Under the pieces are notes generated by a model that did not search any database, was not told the origin of the DNA, and saw only the letters and a list, made by a program, of their open reading frames with translations. A stretch of DNA of 64,000 nt. It comes from Flavobacteriales bacterium. Lineage in GTDB: Bacteria > Bacteroidota > Bacteroidia > Flavobacteriales > Flavobacteriaceae. How positions within the stretch are numbered: position 1 is the stretch's first letter; the number at the start of each line of letters is the position of its first letter. The stretch covers positions 24,740 through 88,739 of the forward strand of contig JBBSKR010000001.1 in NCBI GenBank assembly GCA_038256135.1, in the 5' to 3' direction. The position numbers were made by a program, and so were the translations under genes. Positions 37,180 through 47,527 of this stretch are shown here, piece after piece.

Positions 37180-38280
37180 ATGATCGTTGGTATTCCAAAA
37201 GAGATTAAGAACAATGAAAGCCGGGTAGGTATGACACCTGCAGGGGTTTTCGAATTGGTAAAGCACAACCACAAAGTCTATGTCCAATCCGACGCTGGGG
37301 AGGGCAGTGGGTTTTTTAATCAGGATTACCAAAAGGCAGGTGCCGTAATTTTGGATACAATCGGTCAGATTTACGCAATCAGCGAAATGATCGTAAAAGT
37401 GAAGGAGCCTATTGCAGAGGAATATGATTTGATACAAAAAGGTCAAATCGTATTTACTTATTTCCACTTCGCATCAAGTGAAGTGCTGACCAAAGCAATG
37501 ATTAAACAAAAAGCGATTTGCATTGCTTATGAAACGGTGGAGGATGAAGAGGGAACCTTACCATTATTGACCCCAATGTCTGAAGTGGCCGGAAGGATGG
37601 CGATACAGCAGGGTGCCAAATATTTGGAGAAACCTGTGAAAGGTCGTGGCGTACTTTTGGGGGGTGTCCCAGGCGTAGCACCTGGCAGGGTATTGGTATT
37701 AGGTGCGGGAGTTGTAGGAATACAGGCTGCTAAAATGGCAGCCGGTTTGGGTGCGCATGTGACCATATTGGATATTAATATGAAACGATTGCGTTATGCA
37801 AACGATGTTATGCCACCACATGTGGTCACTGAATTCTCGAGTGAGTTCAATATTAGAAGGCTTATCAAGAACCATGATCTTATTATCGGCGGGGTATTAT
37901 TGAAAGGTGCCAAGGCCCCGAATTTGATTACCCGTGATATGTTAAAGGAAATGCGCCCTGGAACGGTAATCGTAGACGTTGCTGTCGATCAAGGTGGCTG
38001 TGTTGAAACCACTAGGCCGACTACACATGAAGATCCGGTTTATATCATCGATGACGTGGTACACTATTCCGTGGCCAATATGCCAGGGGCCGTTCCATAT
38101 ACTTCAACAGTGGCATTGACGAACGTAACCTTGCCGTACGCCTTAAAGCTGGCGAATATGGGCTGGGAAGCGGCATGTGAAAGTGACATTTCCTTAAAAA
38201 AGGGACTGAATATTGTGGAAGGAACTGTGGTCTATCAAGAAATTATAGAAGCTTTCGGTTGGGAAGTAGCTACAGCGTAA
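37180..38280 (+). CDS. ald: Alanine dehydrogenase
   Basis: MIVGIPKEIKNNESRVGMTPAG N-terminus, NAD-binding VLGAGVVGIQAAKMAAGLGA, 366 aa. Confidence 0.9.
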   Translation: MIVGIPKEIKNNESRVGMTPAGVFELVKHNHKVYVQSDAGEGSGFFNQDYQKAGAVILDTIGQIYAISEMIVKVKEPIAEEYDLIQKGQIVFTYFHFASSEVLTKAMIKQKAICIAYETVEDEEGTLPLLTPMSEVAGRMAIQQGAKYLEKPVKGRGVLLGGVPGVAPGRVLVLGAGVVGIQAAKMAAGLGAHVTILDINMKRLRYANDVMPPHVVTEFSSEFNIRRLIKNHDLIIGGVLLKGAKAPNLITRDMLKEMRPGTVIVDVAVDQGGCVETTRPTTHEDPVYIIDDVVHYSVANMPGAVPYTSTVALTNVTLPYALKLANMGWEAACESDISLKKGLNIVEGTVVYQEIIEAFGWEVATA

Positions 38281-38414
38281 ACATACATTTTGTCAGTATA
38301 AAGAACCTCGCAAGGCTATTTTGGTTTTGGCGGGGTTTTTGATTTTAAAAGTAGGAAATTCTCTGGTGAGAGTGAATCTTTACTATATTTAAGAGATTTA
38401 AAAATTGAAACGTT

Positions 38415-39110
38415 ATGATGGGATATTATATATTGCTTGGGGCCATTGCCCTGGTAAGCTGGTTGGTAAGTAGAAAGTTAAAAAGTAAGTTTAAGTATTA
38501 TTCCACTGTTCACTTAAAAAATGGGATGAGCGGTGCTGAGATTGCCGAAAAAATGCTTTCGGATAATGGAATACGTGATGTAAAGGTAATTTCTACTTCC
38601 GGAATGCTCACGGATCATTATAACCCTAAGAACAAGACGGTGAATTTGAGTGAAGGGGTATACAATCAAAGAAATGCTGCCGCTGCCGCTGTTGCAGCGC
38701 ATGAATGTGGCCATGCCGTACAACATGCACAGGCATACGAATGGTTGGGTATCCGATCCAAATTGGTTCCGGTGGTTAGTGTAACTTCTGGAATGTCTAC
38801 TTGGGTAGTTTTTGGAGGATTGATTTTGGGCGCCGCTGCCGGAATAGGATTTGGTTATTGGGTCGCCGTTGCCGGATTGATTATGATGGGCATGGCCACC
38901 TTGTTCAGTTTTATAACATTGCCGGTCGAATATGACGCAAGTAACCGGGCATTGGCATGGTTGAAGAAAAAAAATGTGGTTACCCCGCAAGAATATGATG
39001 GAGCGGAAGATTCCCTAAAATGGGCCGCACGAACGTATTTAGTTGCGGCAATCGGTTCTTTGGCAACTTTGTTCTACTGGGGACTTCAAGTTTTTGGGGG
39101 AAGGGATTAA
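38415..39110 (+). CDS. Membrane zinc metallopeptidase (YugP/Zn_peptidase_2-like)
   Basis: HECGHAVQH zinc motif, with N- and C-terminal TM helices. Confidence 0.8.
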   Translation: MMGYYILLGAIALVSWLVSRKLKSKFKYYSTVHLKNGMSGAEIAEKMLSDNGIRDVKVISTSGMLTDHYNPKNKTVNLSEGVYNQRNAAAAAVAAHECGHAVQHAQAYEWLGIRSKLVPVVSVTSGMSTWVVFGGLILGAAAGIGFGYWVAVAGLIMMGMATLFSFITLPVEYDASNRALAWLKKKNVVTPQEYDGAEDSLKWAARTYLVAAIGSLATLFYWGLQVFGGRD

Positions 39111-39161
39111 TATTTTTAACAATTTATGGTAAATACGGCCTTCTCAATTGGGGAGGCTTTT

Positions 39162-39632
39162 TTATATGGTTATCTGTCTATCAATTTGTTGGGCCAAGGA
39201 AATAAAGGTTTCCGTTCTGGATACCCCTTCTATTTGTTGTATCTCTTTGTTTAAAACTTGCATTAAATGCTCATTATCCCTGCATAAAACTTTGATTAGT
39301 ATAGACCAGTTTCCGGTAGTGTAATGACATTCCAATACCTCTGGAATTTTTTCCAGTTGTTTCACGGCTTGGGGGTTGCTCATGGCCTTATCCAGATAGA
39401 TACCAATATAGGCCATAGTGGTATAGCCCATTGCTTTTGGACTGATGACAAATTTAGAGCCTGATAAGAGTCCGGATGCTTCCAGTTGTCTTAACCGTTG
39501 GTGTATGGCAGCCCCAGAAATTCCGATACTCCGGGCAATTTCCAGAATTGGTTTTCTGGCATCGGCCATCAAAAACCTTAGAATTTTTTTATCGATACCA
39601 TCAATCTTGGCTAGCGTTATGGTTGATTTCAT
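39162..39632 (-). CDS. Lrp/AsnC-family transcriptional regulator
   Basis: N-terminal HTH (DKKILRFLMADARKPILEIARSIGISGAAIHQRLRQLE) plus a RAM domain. Confidence 0.88.
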   Translation of the reverse strand: MKSTITLAKIDGIDKKILRFLMADARKPILEIARSIGISGAAIHQRLRQLEASGLLSGSKFVISPKAMGYTTMAYIGIYLDKAMSNPQAVKQLEKIPEVLECHYTTGNWSILIKVLCRDNEHLMQVLNKEIQQIEGVSRTETFISLAQQIDRQITI

Positions 39633-39694
39633 ATTTTTATATCAGACTACATATAAAAATACCCATTTGGTTTCATATTGATATATAAAAAGCA

Positions 39695-41068
39695 CTAACT
39701 AATTACAGAATTTGGGTTATAGCCCAAATAAGGCACTTCGTATTCCTTAAAATTGACTCCGTGTGTTTTTAATTCCTCCAGTATAGGCTCATACACCTCT
39801 TTTGTGATAGGAATCTGTACTCCCGGTGTAGTGATTTTCCCATTGAGAATTTTGAGGGTGGCAATGGCAACAGGCAATCCAACTGTTTTGGCCATGGCGG
39901 TATGGGTCTGGTTTTCTCCAATGACCACTAATTTGGAATCTATTTGTTTCTTTTCGCCATTCAATTCATAGCCGAATTTATGGTACATGACAGTCATGTC
40001 TTTTTCGTCGTCTTTTAGGGTCCAGCTATCCTCAAGAATTTTTTGTAGGGCTTGTGCGGGTGTTGCGTTTGGAATTCCAATAAATCTGGAATCATCGAAT
40101 AGGTTCAACTCCAACAATTTATCCCACCGAATATCGTCTTGGTCTAGTTTAAGATAATGTCTCAATTTTAATTCCACTGAATCCGTTGGGGAATAGGGTA
40201 AAAACAAATTAATGAATTCCCTATAGCTCATCTTTTCAGAATTTTCGATAGTAAAAGTATCATCCGTAGCCCCTAATTGAATGAACATATTCCATGCTTT
40301 GGAGAAACCCACACGGCGCATGGTACCTCTGTAGATGGTCAGCGCATTTTGCAGTCCGTAAGCTTCCCTATAGTTTAAGGAATCACGATTGGCATAGCCT
40401 TCAAAGCGTCCAAAACCTTCGACTTCAAAAAATTCGGTACGCCTAAAAAGCCGGTGATAAGGAATGTATTTAAAGGTCCCTTCCTGAAGGAACTTGGCGG
40501 TACCACCTTGTCCGGCCAGAACAACGTTTCTGGGGTTCCAGGTAAATTTATAGTTCCATAGGTTATTGTCGTTTTCCGGAGCTACCAAACCCCCACAAAA
40601 AGATTCGAATAAAATTATTTTTCCACCTTTATCACGAACACGGTCAATGACCTGCATGGCACTCATATGGTCGACACCGGGATCAAGTCCGATTTCATTC
40701 ATGAATACCAAGCCTTTATCTTTTACGCTTTTATCAAGGGCAAGCAACTCTTGACTAACGTATGATGCGGTGACTAAGTGCTTTCCATGCTCCAAACAAT
40801 CCTCGGCTACTTTGATGTGAAAACGTGCCGGAAGCATGGAAATAACAATATCAGCGTCGGAAATGGCATTCGTTCTTTCGATTTGCTTGAATATATCGAG
40901 CGTAATAACGGTGCAACTTTCATGGCTTGCAATACGTTCGGGTATGACTACGGGATCGATATCCCCAATGGTAATATGTAATTTTTCGGCTTCAGCTTTG
41001 CCTAATAGGTAATCCAACAAATAGGAAGTGGATTTGCCTGCACCGATAACAAGAATTTTTCGCATCAT
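39695..41068 (-). CDS. Saccharopine dehydrogenase family protein
   Basis: Rossmann motif ILVIGAGKSTS. The 457-aa length and C-terminal domain are typical of the LYS9-like family. It lies next to the Lrp regulator and ald. Confidence 0.8.
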   Translation of the reverse strand: MMRKILVIGAGKSTSYLLDYLLGKAEAEKLHITIGDIDPVVIPERIASHESCTVITLDIFKQIERTNAISDADIVISMLPARFHIKVAEDCLEHGKHLVTASYVSQELLALDKSVKDKGLVFMNEIGLDPGVDHMSAMQVIDRVRDKGGKIILFESFCGGLVAPENDNNLWNYKFTWNPRNVVLAGQGGTAKFLQEGTFKYIPYHRLFRRTEFFEVEGFGRFEGYANRDSLNYREAYGLQNALTIYRGTMRRVGFSKAWNMFIQLGATDDTFTIENSEKMSYREFINLFLPYSPTDSVELKLRHYLKLDQDDIRWDKLLELNLFDDSRFIGIPNATPAQALQKILEDSWTLKDDEKDMTVMYHKFGYELNGEKKQIDSKLVVIGENQTHTAMAKTVGLPVAIATLKILNGKITTPGVQIPITKEVYEPILEELKTHGVNFKEYEVPYLGYNPNSVIS

Positions 41069-41149
41069 ACGATTTGACTACTTTTGGTTAGTAATGAAAT
41101 ACTAAGGTATCAAATTGTTACATTTATAAGAAAAGTTAGGTAAAAAGTT

Positions 41150-41542
41150 ATGAAAAAAACAATTTTGATTACAGCATGTCTGCTTGGGATGTTGTCCGTA
41201 GTTTTAGGTGCTTTTGGGGCACACGGATTGAAAAACTTGGTAGATGCGGATGCTGTGGCAATTTTTGAAACAGGCGTTCGGTATCAAATGTACCATGCTT
41301 TTTTTCTTTTCGTGCTTGGATTGATGCCCGATGCTTTGGTCAAATCCAAAAGAGCGATATACCTAAGTACGGTGATTGGCGTAATCCTTTTCTCGCTTTC
41401 AATTTATATATTGGCCCTGAGCGACCTTTTTCAATTTGATTTTAAGATAATTGGAATAGTTACCCCAATTGGAGGTGTTTTTTTGATAACCGCTTGGATT
41501 CTTTTAGGTTATGGAATTTTGAGATCTGATTATTTTAAATAG
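41150..41542 (+). CDS. DUF423-family membrane protein
   Basis: GAFGAHGLK motif, four TM helices, 130 aa. Confidence 0.75.
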   Translation: MKKTILITACLLGMLSVVLGAFGAHGLKNLVDADAVAIFETGVRYQMYHAFFLFVLGLMPDALVKSKRAIYLSTVIGVILFSLSIYILALSDLFQFDFKIIGIVTPIGGVFLITAWILLGYGILRSDYFK

Positions 41543-41603
41543 GTAGTGATGAAAGAATTTTATTGGCTATAAATCTGTATTTTCAGTTCGAAATGGTATT
41601 CGC

Positions 41604-43073
41604 ATGATTAAAACCAAATTGTTAGGGCAAGTTCTAGGGCCGATTTCCTTTATTTTGATTCTGTTATTTTTTCACCCAGAAGGGCTTTCCAATCAAGCCA
41701 ATGCGGTGCTGGCATCTACTGCCTGGATAGCAATTTGGTGGATTACCGAAGCGATACCGATTGCGGTCACCGCATTATTACCCCTTGTGTTGTTTCCGCT
41801 AACCGGTGGATTGGATTTGTCAGATACCTCCGGTTCCTTTGGTCACAAATATGTATTTCTATATATGGGTGGTTTCATCATAGCCATCGCAATTGAAAAG
41901 TGGAACCTGCATAGGCGAATTGCACTGAATATTATCAATTTGATTGGCTCTGATGTGCGAAAAATTATACTTGGATTTATGGTGGCAACCGCATTTTTAT
42001 CCATGTGGATATCAAATACAGCAACGTCTGTAATGATGCTTCCCATCGGGTTGGCCATTATTAAACAGCTACGGGATAATCCAGATACGATAGCGGATGA
42101 AAACCAGACTTTTGGGAAGGCCTTAATGTTGGCTATAGCCTACAGTGCTTCCATTGGCGGTTTGGCCACCTTGATCGGTACCCCTCCAAACTTGGTGTTG
42201 GCAGGAGTAATTTTGGATACCTACGGTTACGAGATTACCTTTATGCAGTGGTTCGTTTTTGGCTTGCCTATTTCTATTATTTTGCTTTTTATCTGTTGGA
42301 AGTATTTGACCAGATACGCCTTTAATTTTAAACAAAAATCCTTTCCGGGAGGGAAACAGGAAATCAAACGATTATTGTCCCTATTGGGTAAAATTACCTA
42401 TGAAGAGCGCGTTGTGGCCTTTGTTTTTGCGTTGACCGCTTTCTGTTGGATTACCCGATCATTTCTTTTGCAAAGGATCTTGCCCGGGTTGGATGATACC
42501 ATAATCGCTATATTTTTTGCTATACTTTTGTTCTTGATACCTTCAAAGCAAAAGGGAGAGCAATTGATCAATTGGGAAGAAGCCGTAAAAATGCCATGGG
42601 GCATTATTTTATTGTTTGGCGGTGGCATGGCATTGGCCAAAGGTTTTGAAGAAAGCGGTCTTGCCAATTGGATCGGTAGTCAAATGACCTCATTATCCGG
42701 TCTCCCGATATTGATTTTAATTTTGGTCTTGATAGCTTCGGTTAATTTCTTGACGGAAATTACCTCGAATTTGGCCACAACAGCAATGCTTTTACCCGTA
42801 TTGGCACCCATGGCCCTTACGATAGATGTGCATCCTTTTATTTTGATGGTAGGTGCCGCCGTGGCTGCATCTTGTGCGTTCATGTTACCAGTGGCAACGC
42901 CCCCAAACGCCGTTGTTTTTGGTTCGGGCTATTTGAGTATTCCCGATATGGTTAGCAAAGGTTTTATTATGAACGTTATTTCAATCGTAATTCTGACCTT
43001 ATTTGTGTATTTTGTATTACCTGAATTATGGGGAATTACCATAGAAGGTTTTCCAGATAATCTAAAAAAATGA
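41604..43073 (+). CDS. DASS/SLC13-family anion (di/tricarboxylate or sulfate):sodium symporter
   Basis: Polytopic, 489 aa. The two SNT/SNxA hairpin motifs are MWISNTATSVMMLPI and FLTEITSNLATTAMLLP. Confidence 0.82.
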   Translation: MIKTKLLGQVLGPISFILILLFFHPEGLSNQANAVLASTAWIAIWWITEAIPIAVTALLPLVLFPLTGGLDLSDTSGSFGHKYVFLYMGGFIIAIAIEKWNLHRRIALNIINLIGSDVRKIILGFMVATAFLSMWISNTATSVMMLPIGLAIIKQLRDNPDTIADENQTFGKALMLAIAYSASIGGLATLIGTPPNLVLAGVILDTYGYEITFMQWFVFGLPISIILLFICWKYLTRYAFNFKQKSFPGGKQEIKRLLSLLGKITYEERVVAFVFALTAFCWITRSFLLQRILPGLDDTIIAIFFAILLFLIPSKQKGEQLINWEEAVKMPWGIILLFGGGMALAKGFEESGLANWIGSQMTSLSGLPILILILVLIASVNFLTEITSNLATTAMLLPVLAPMALTIDVHPFILMVGAAVAASCAFMLPVATPPNAVVFGSGYLSIPDMVSKGFIMNVISIVILTLFVYFVLPELWGITIEGFPDNLKK

Positions 43074-44203
43074 AACTATTGCTGATTCCGGATAAATTCA
43101 AAGGCTCCTTAACAAGTGAGGAAGTTTCAAAGGCCTTTATATCCGGAGTAAAAAAGGCGGATGTAAAATTTAGTTCCCATTATATTAAAGCTTCTGATGG
43201 AGGGGACGGTTTTATGGAGGCAGTGGCCAATTACAAAGTCTGTATTTCGGTTCAGGTAATTAGTGAGAATCCACTTGGTAAACCTATACAGTCCTACTAT
43301 TTATATAATCAAGAAAGTAATTCGGCATATATAGAGCTAGCGAATGCTTCGGGCATGGAATTGCTGACAAAAGAAGAGCGAAACCCCTTGTTGACAAGTA
43401 CCTTCGGTACCGGGTTACAAATTAAGGATGCTATTGAAAAAGGAATAAAAAAGGTATATATTGGCTTAGGGGGAAGTGCAACCAATGATGGAGGAATAGG
43501 CATTGCCCATGCTTTAGGCTATTTGTTTATGGATGCTGATGGTACTAAACTTCCACCTATCGGTAAAAACTTAAGCCAAATAAAAAGCATAGATGATACA
43601 GGAATATCCACCAAATTGGACCAAGTAACTTTTTTTGCCGTTAATGATGTCACCAACCCATTGCACGGAAAAAATGGAGCTGCACATGTCTATGCTGAAC
43701 AAAAGGGAGCAACCCTTGATACGATTAAGGATTTGGATGAAGGCCTGAAAAATTTGGATGCCGTGGTCTCGGAAAAATATAATTTTCAAAATTCAAAAAT
43801 ACAAGGTTCAGGTGCCGCAGGAGGTTCGGCCTATGGTCTTAAAAGTTTTCTCGGGGCGGAATATGTTAGTGGTATCGATTTTATCTTGACACTTTCTGGG
43901 GTTAAGACCTTGTTAGCCAATGAGAAATTTGACTTTTTGATTACCGGGGAAGGCAAAATAGATGAACAGACCCTAAACGGAAAGTTGATAGCAGGCGTGT
44001 TGAACTTAGGAAAAAGCTATAATATTCCGGTATTGGCCATTTGTGGGAAGCTCGCAGTTTCTAGGGAGGAACTGAAAAAAAGAGGTCTTTTCGATGTTTT
44101 GGAAATACGGGATCCGGCTAAAAGTCTAGACTTCAATATGCAAAATGCCGCGGAATTGCTGACAAATAAAACGACAGCATATTTTCGTTCATTGCAAAAC
44201 TAA
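43070..44203 (+). CDS. Glycerate kinase
   Basis: KASDGGDGF and ITGEGKIDEQTL motifs. A 4-nt overlap links it to the upstream transporter gene. Confidence 0.88.
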   Translation: MKLLLIPDKFKGSLTSEEVSKAFISGVKKADVKFSSHYIKASDGGDGFMEAVANYKVCISVQVISENPLGKPIQSYYLYNQESNSAYIELANASGMELLTKEERNPLLTSTFGTGLQIKDAIEKGIKKVYIGLGGSATNDGGIGIAHALGYLFMDADGTKLPPIGKNLSQIKSIDDTGISTKLDQVTFFAVNDVTNPLHGKNGAAHVYAEQKGATLDTIKDLDEGLKNLDAVVSEKYNFQNSKIQGSGAAGGSAYGLKSFLGAEYVSGIDFILTLSGVKTLLANEKFDFLITGEGKIDEQTLNGKLIAGVLNLGKSYNIPVLAICGKLAVSREELKKRGLFDVLEIRDPAKSLDFNMQNAAELLTNKTTAYFRSLQN

Positions 44204-44454
44204 ATACACTTAAGAAATCTTCAAATATTATTTTTTTCTTAAAAAATGGATTTAAAACCAACAATAATGCATTAAATATAATTTTTCGATACATTTTATG
44301 CAATTAAAGGAATAGAGTAACTACGAATAGTTTCCATTTACAGTGTTTCTTTAATTGAATTCGTATTTCGACGAGAATTATGGCTAATTGAGCATTGAAT
44401 ATCAAGGGTTCATCTTTTATTTTTTTAATTTTACAGGAATAAATTTTCAATAGT

Positions 44455-46071
44455 ATGAAAAGCGCATCCGCAAACGCCAAAGCAATATCTTTAAAGGAAT
44501 ACGGAATAACACATACCAATTTTCATTATCAAGAGGAGCCGGAACAACTACAAAAGGCTACACTAAATTTGGATATGGGAGTTGAAACCAACAACGGAAC
44601 ACTTGCCGTGAATACTGGGGAGTTTACGGGTAGATCTCCCATGGACCGTTTTATAGTTAAAGATGATATAACGAAGGATAAGGTTTGGTGGGGAAATATC
44701 AACATACCTTTTGAAAAGGAAAAATTTGATCTGTTACATCAAAAGGTAATATCGTATTTAAATAAAAAAGAACTTTTCGTTAGGGATAGTTATGCTTGCG
44801 CCGATCCAGAATACCAATTGAATATTAGGGTCATCAATGAATATCCTTGGTCTAATATGTTTGCATACAACATGTTTTTACGACCAACTGAAGATGAACT
44901 AGAAAATTTTACTCCAGAGTGGACGGTTATCAATGCTCCGGGATTTATGGCCGATGCTGAAAAGGACGGGACAAGACAGCATAATTTTGCAATTTTGAAT
45001 TTTACCGATAAAATTGCGCTCATAGGAGGTACTGGTTATACCGGTGAAATCAAAAAAGGTATTTTCTCCGCCTTGAATTTCATACTACCGGTTTATAAGG
45101 AGACCTTACCCATGCACTGCTCGGCCAATGTTGGGAAGGACGGGGATACGGCCATCTTTTTCGGACTTTCTGGTACAGGTAAAACCACCTTGTCGACCGA
45201 TCCAAACAGAAAATTGATTGGGGATGATGAACATGGTTGGACCAGCAGAAATACAGTTTTCAATTTTGAAGGAGGTTGTTATGCCAAGGTCATCAATTTA
45301 TCCGAAGAGCAAGAACCTGAAATTTACGGAGCCATTAAACCAGGTGCTATTCTTGAAAATGTCGTATTGGATAGCCAAGGTAACGTAGATTTTGCCAATA
45401 CTTCCATTACTCAGAATACTAGGGTTAGTTATCCGATTTATCATATCGATAATATACAACAGCCATCCATTGGTAAAAATGTCAAGAATATTTTCTTCCT
45501 TACCGCCGATGCCTTTGGGGTCTTGCCTCCCATATCCAAACTTACGCCTAGCCAAGCCGCATATCACTTTATATCGGGATACACGGCAAAAGTAGCTGGT
45601 ACTGAAGCAGGGGTTGTTGAACCGCAACCTTCGTTTTCGGCATGTTTCGGTGCACCTTTTATGCCATTACATCCAGCTAAATATGCCGAGATGTTGAGTA
45701 AGAAAATGAAGGAATCAGGCGTAGACGTTTGGTTGGTAAACACAGGTTGGACGGGCGGACCTTACGGAGTAGGAACACGTATGAAGCTAAAATATACTCG
45801 GGCGATGATAACCGCTGCCTTGAACGGGGAATTGGGACTATATTCTTACGATAAATACCATATACATTCTGTTTTTGGAGTAGCGCAACCCAGGGAATGC
45901 CCAGGGGTGCCAACCTCGGTGTTAAGTCCTAGGTCAACTTGGAACGACGATGAAAAATACTATACGACCGCTTTCAAATTGACGAATGCTTTTAGGGAAA
46001 ACTTTAAAAAGTATGAAAGTTATGCCAGTGAAGAAATAAGAAGGGGCGGGCCACAGCGGTACACGTTTTAA
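44455..46071 (+). CDS. pckA: Phosphoenolpyruvate carboxykinase (ATP)
   Basis: Kinase-1a motif FFGLSGTGKTTLS, GDDEHGW, 538 aa. Confidence 0.95.
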   Translation: MKSASANAKAISLKEYGITHTNFHYQEEPEQLQKATLNLDMGVETNNGTLAVNTGEFTGRSPMDRFIVKDDITKDKVWWGNINIPFEKEKFDLLHQKVISYLNKKELFVRDSYACADPEYQLNIRVINEYPWSNMFAYNMFLRPTEDELENFTPEWTVINAPGFMADAEKDGTRQHNFAILNFTDKIALIGGTGYTGEIKKGIFSALNFILPVYKETLPMHCSANVGKDGDTAIFFGLSGTGKTTLSTDPNRKLIGDDEHGWTSRNTVFNFEGGCYAKVINLSEEQEPEIYGAIKPGAILENVVLDSQGNVDFANTSITQNTRVSYPIYHIDNIQQPSIGKNVKNIFFLTADAFGVLPPISKLTPSQAAYHFISGYTAKVAGTEAGVVEPQPSFSACFGAPFMPLHPAKYAEMLSKKMKESGVDVWLVNTGWTGGPYGVGTRMKLKYTRAMITAALNGELGLYSYDKYHIHSVFGVAQPRECPGVPTSVLSPRSTWNDDEKYYTTAFKLTNAFRENFKKYESYASEEIRRGGPQRYTF

Positions 46072-46074
46072 CAT

Positions 46075-46105
46075 AAAAAAAGCCTTGCAACGCAAGGCTT
46101 TTTTT
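46075..46105. terminator. Bidirectional rho-independent terminator between the convergent pckA and the 46122 gene
   Basis: AAAAAAAGCCTTGC-aac-GCAAGGCTTTTTTT: perfect stem, with an A-run 5' and a T-run 3'. Confidence 0.85.
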
Positions 46106-46121
46106 ATGTTATTTAAATCTA

Positions 46122-46874
46122 TTATTTATTTACGCTGGTAATATATTTTTGAAGCGCCATGGTCATGGAAGGGGTTTCAGGGGTTGGGGCCTTTATATCT
46201 ATTCTTAGTCCTGCTCCCGTTGCTGCATCTATGGTAGAATTACCAAAAACGGCAATCCTAGTCTCTTTCTGATCAAAATCTGGAAAATTCTGTAAAAGGG
46301 ATTCTATTCCAGAAGGACTAAAGAAAACAAGAATATCATAATAAACATTTCTTAGATCAGAAAGGTCACTAATAACGGTTTTGTAAAAGATGGCCCTTTT
46401 CCAATGAATATTCAAAGTTTCCAAGGCTTCTGGAACATCTGGTTTAAGCGAATCCGACGAAGGAAGCAAAAATTTTTCGTCCTTATATTTCTTTATCATT
46501 GGAATCAAATCGGAAAAAAGGCGCTTACCTACATAGATTTTACGCTTTCTATAGACCACGTATTTTTGCAAATAATAGGCGACTGCTTCAGACTGACAGA
46601 AATACTTCATGGAATCTGGCACCTTAAAACGCATTTCCTCAGCAATTCTGAAAAAATGGTCTACAGCATTTCTACTCGTTAGGATAATGGCAGTAAAATC
46701 GTTCAAATCTATCTTCTGCTGTCGCACATTTTTTGCATCGACCCCTTCAACATGTATAAATGGTCTAAAATCTACCTTTACTTTCTCTTTCTCAATGAGT
46801 TTAGAATAGGGAGAATTTTCCATTTTTGGTTCCGGTTGGGACACCAAAATCGTTTTTACTTTCATATGCTGCAC
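46122..46874 (-). CDS. Uroporphyrinogen-III synthase family (HemD-like) protein
   Basis: Two-lobed HEM4 pattern (ILVSQP...AIILTSRNAVDHFF ... VFFSPSGIESL). The synteny with DUF4271 is typical of Bacteroidota, from memory. Confidence 0.65.
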   Translation of the reverse strand: MQHMKVKTILVSQPEPKMENSPYSKLIEKEKVKVDFRPFIHVEGVDAKNVRQQKIDLNDFTAIILTSRNAVDHFFRIAEEMRFKVPDSMKYFCQSEAVAYYLQKYVVYRKRKIYVGKRLFSDLIPMIKKYKDEKFLLPSSDSLKPDVPEALETLNIHWKRAIFYKTVISDLSDLRNVYYDILVFFSPSGIESLLQNFPDFDQKETRIAVFGNSTIDAATGAGLRIDIKAPTPETPSMTMALQKYITSVNK

Positions 46875-47527
46875 TATTTAAGAAAGCTTCCCATAATTAA
46901 TAAGGGTGCAATTTCGAGTGCGCAAAGGTACAAAATAAAATAGAAGAAATAAGAGCTGATGAAATTTTGGTAATTCCTGATCACTGTTACCCAGCCAATT
47001 ATATTTATGGCCAAAAATAAAATAGATGTGATGATAATTACAATTTTTGAATCAATTAAAACATATGTCAAAAGTACATTGGAGACGAACAATACTATAC
47101 CAGCATAATTTAGGTAGGTTAATTTCTTAAAAATCAATTCATTAAATGTCCGGTAGGAATTAAAAACAAAGCCATTAAACAGCTGAATCAGGGTTTTCGC
47201 GCTCAGAAATATAAAAACCGCAGCCAGTAATAAAGGAAAAATGAAAGGATTTTTTTCTTCAGTTGGTCGTATATACGTTCTCCAAACAAAAAAGATGAAC
47301 AGCGTGGTATTGATTACTTGAAAAAGACTCAATAGGATGTGGAACCAATTGAACAATTTTTCTTTTTTGGTGTACATCGTAATGTACTTGTTGTTAAAGG
47401 GTAGAATAAGAAAATTAAAAAAGCGGGAATAGTAAAAGCCTTTTGCAATAAGTGGGAATAGAAGACTACCCAATAATGTTAAGGTAATCCAATCGGTTTG
47501 GGCAAATGTTCTCGTGATAGGTTCCAT
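46874..47527 (-). CDS. DUF4271-family integral membrane protein
   Basis: Six-TM protein of 217 aa, start/stop-coupled to both neighbours. Confidence 0.6.
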   Translation of the reverse strand: MEPITRTFAQTDWITLTLLGSLLFPLIAKGFYYSRFFNFLILPFNNKYITMYTKKEKLFNWFHILLSLFQVINTTLFIFFVWRTYIRPTEEKNPFIFPLLLAAVFIFLSAKTLIQLFNGFVFNSYRTFNELIFKKLTYLNYAGIVLFVSNVLLTYVLIDSKIVIIITSILFLAINIIGWVTVIRNYQNFISSYFFYFILYLCALEIAPLLIMGSFLK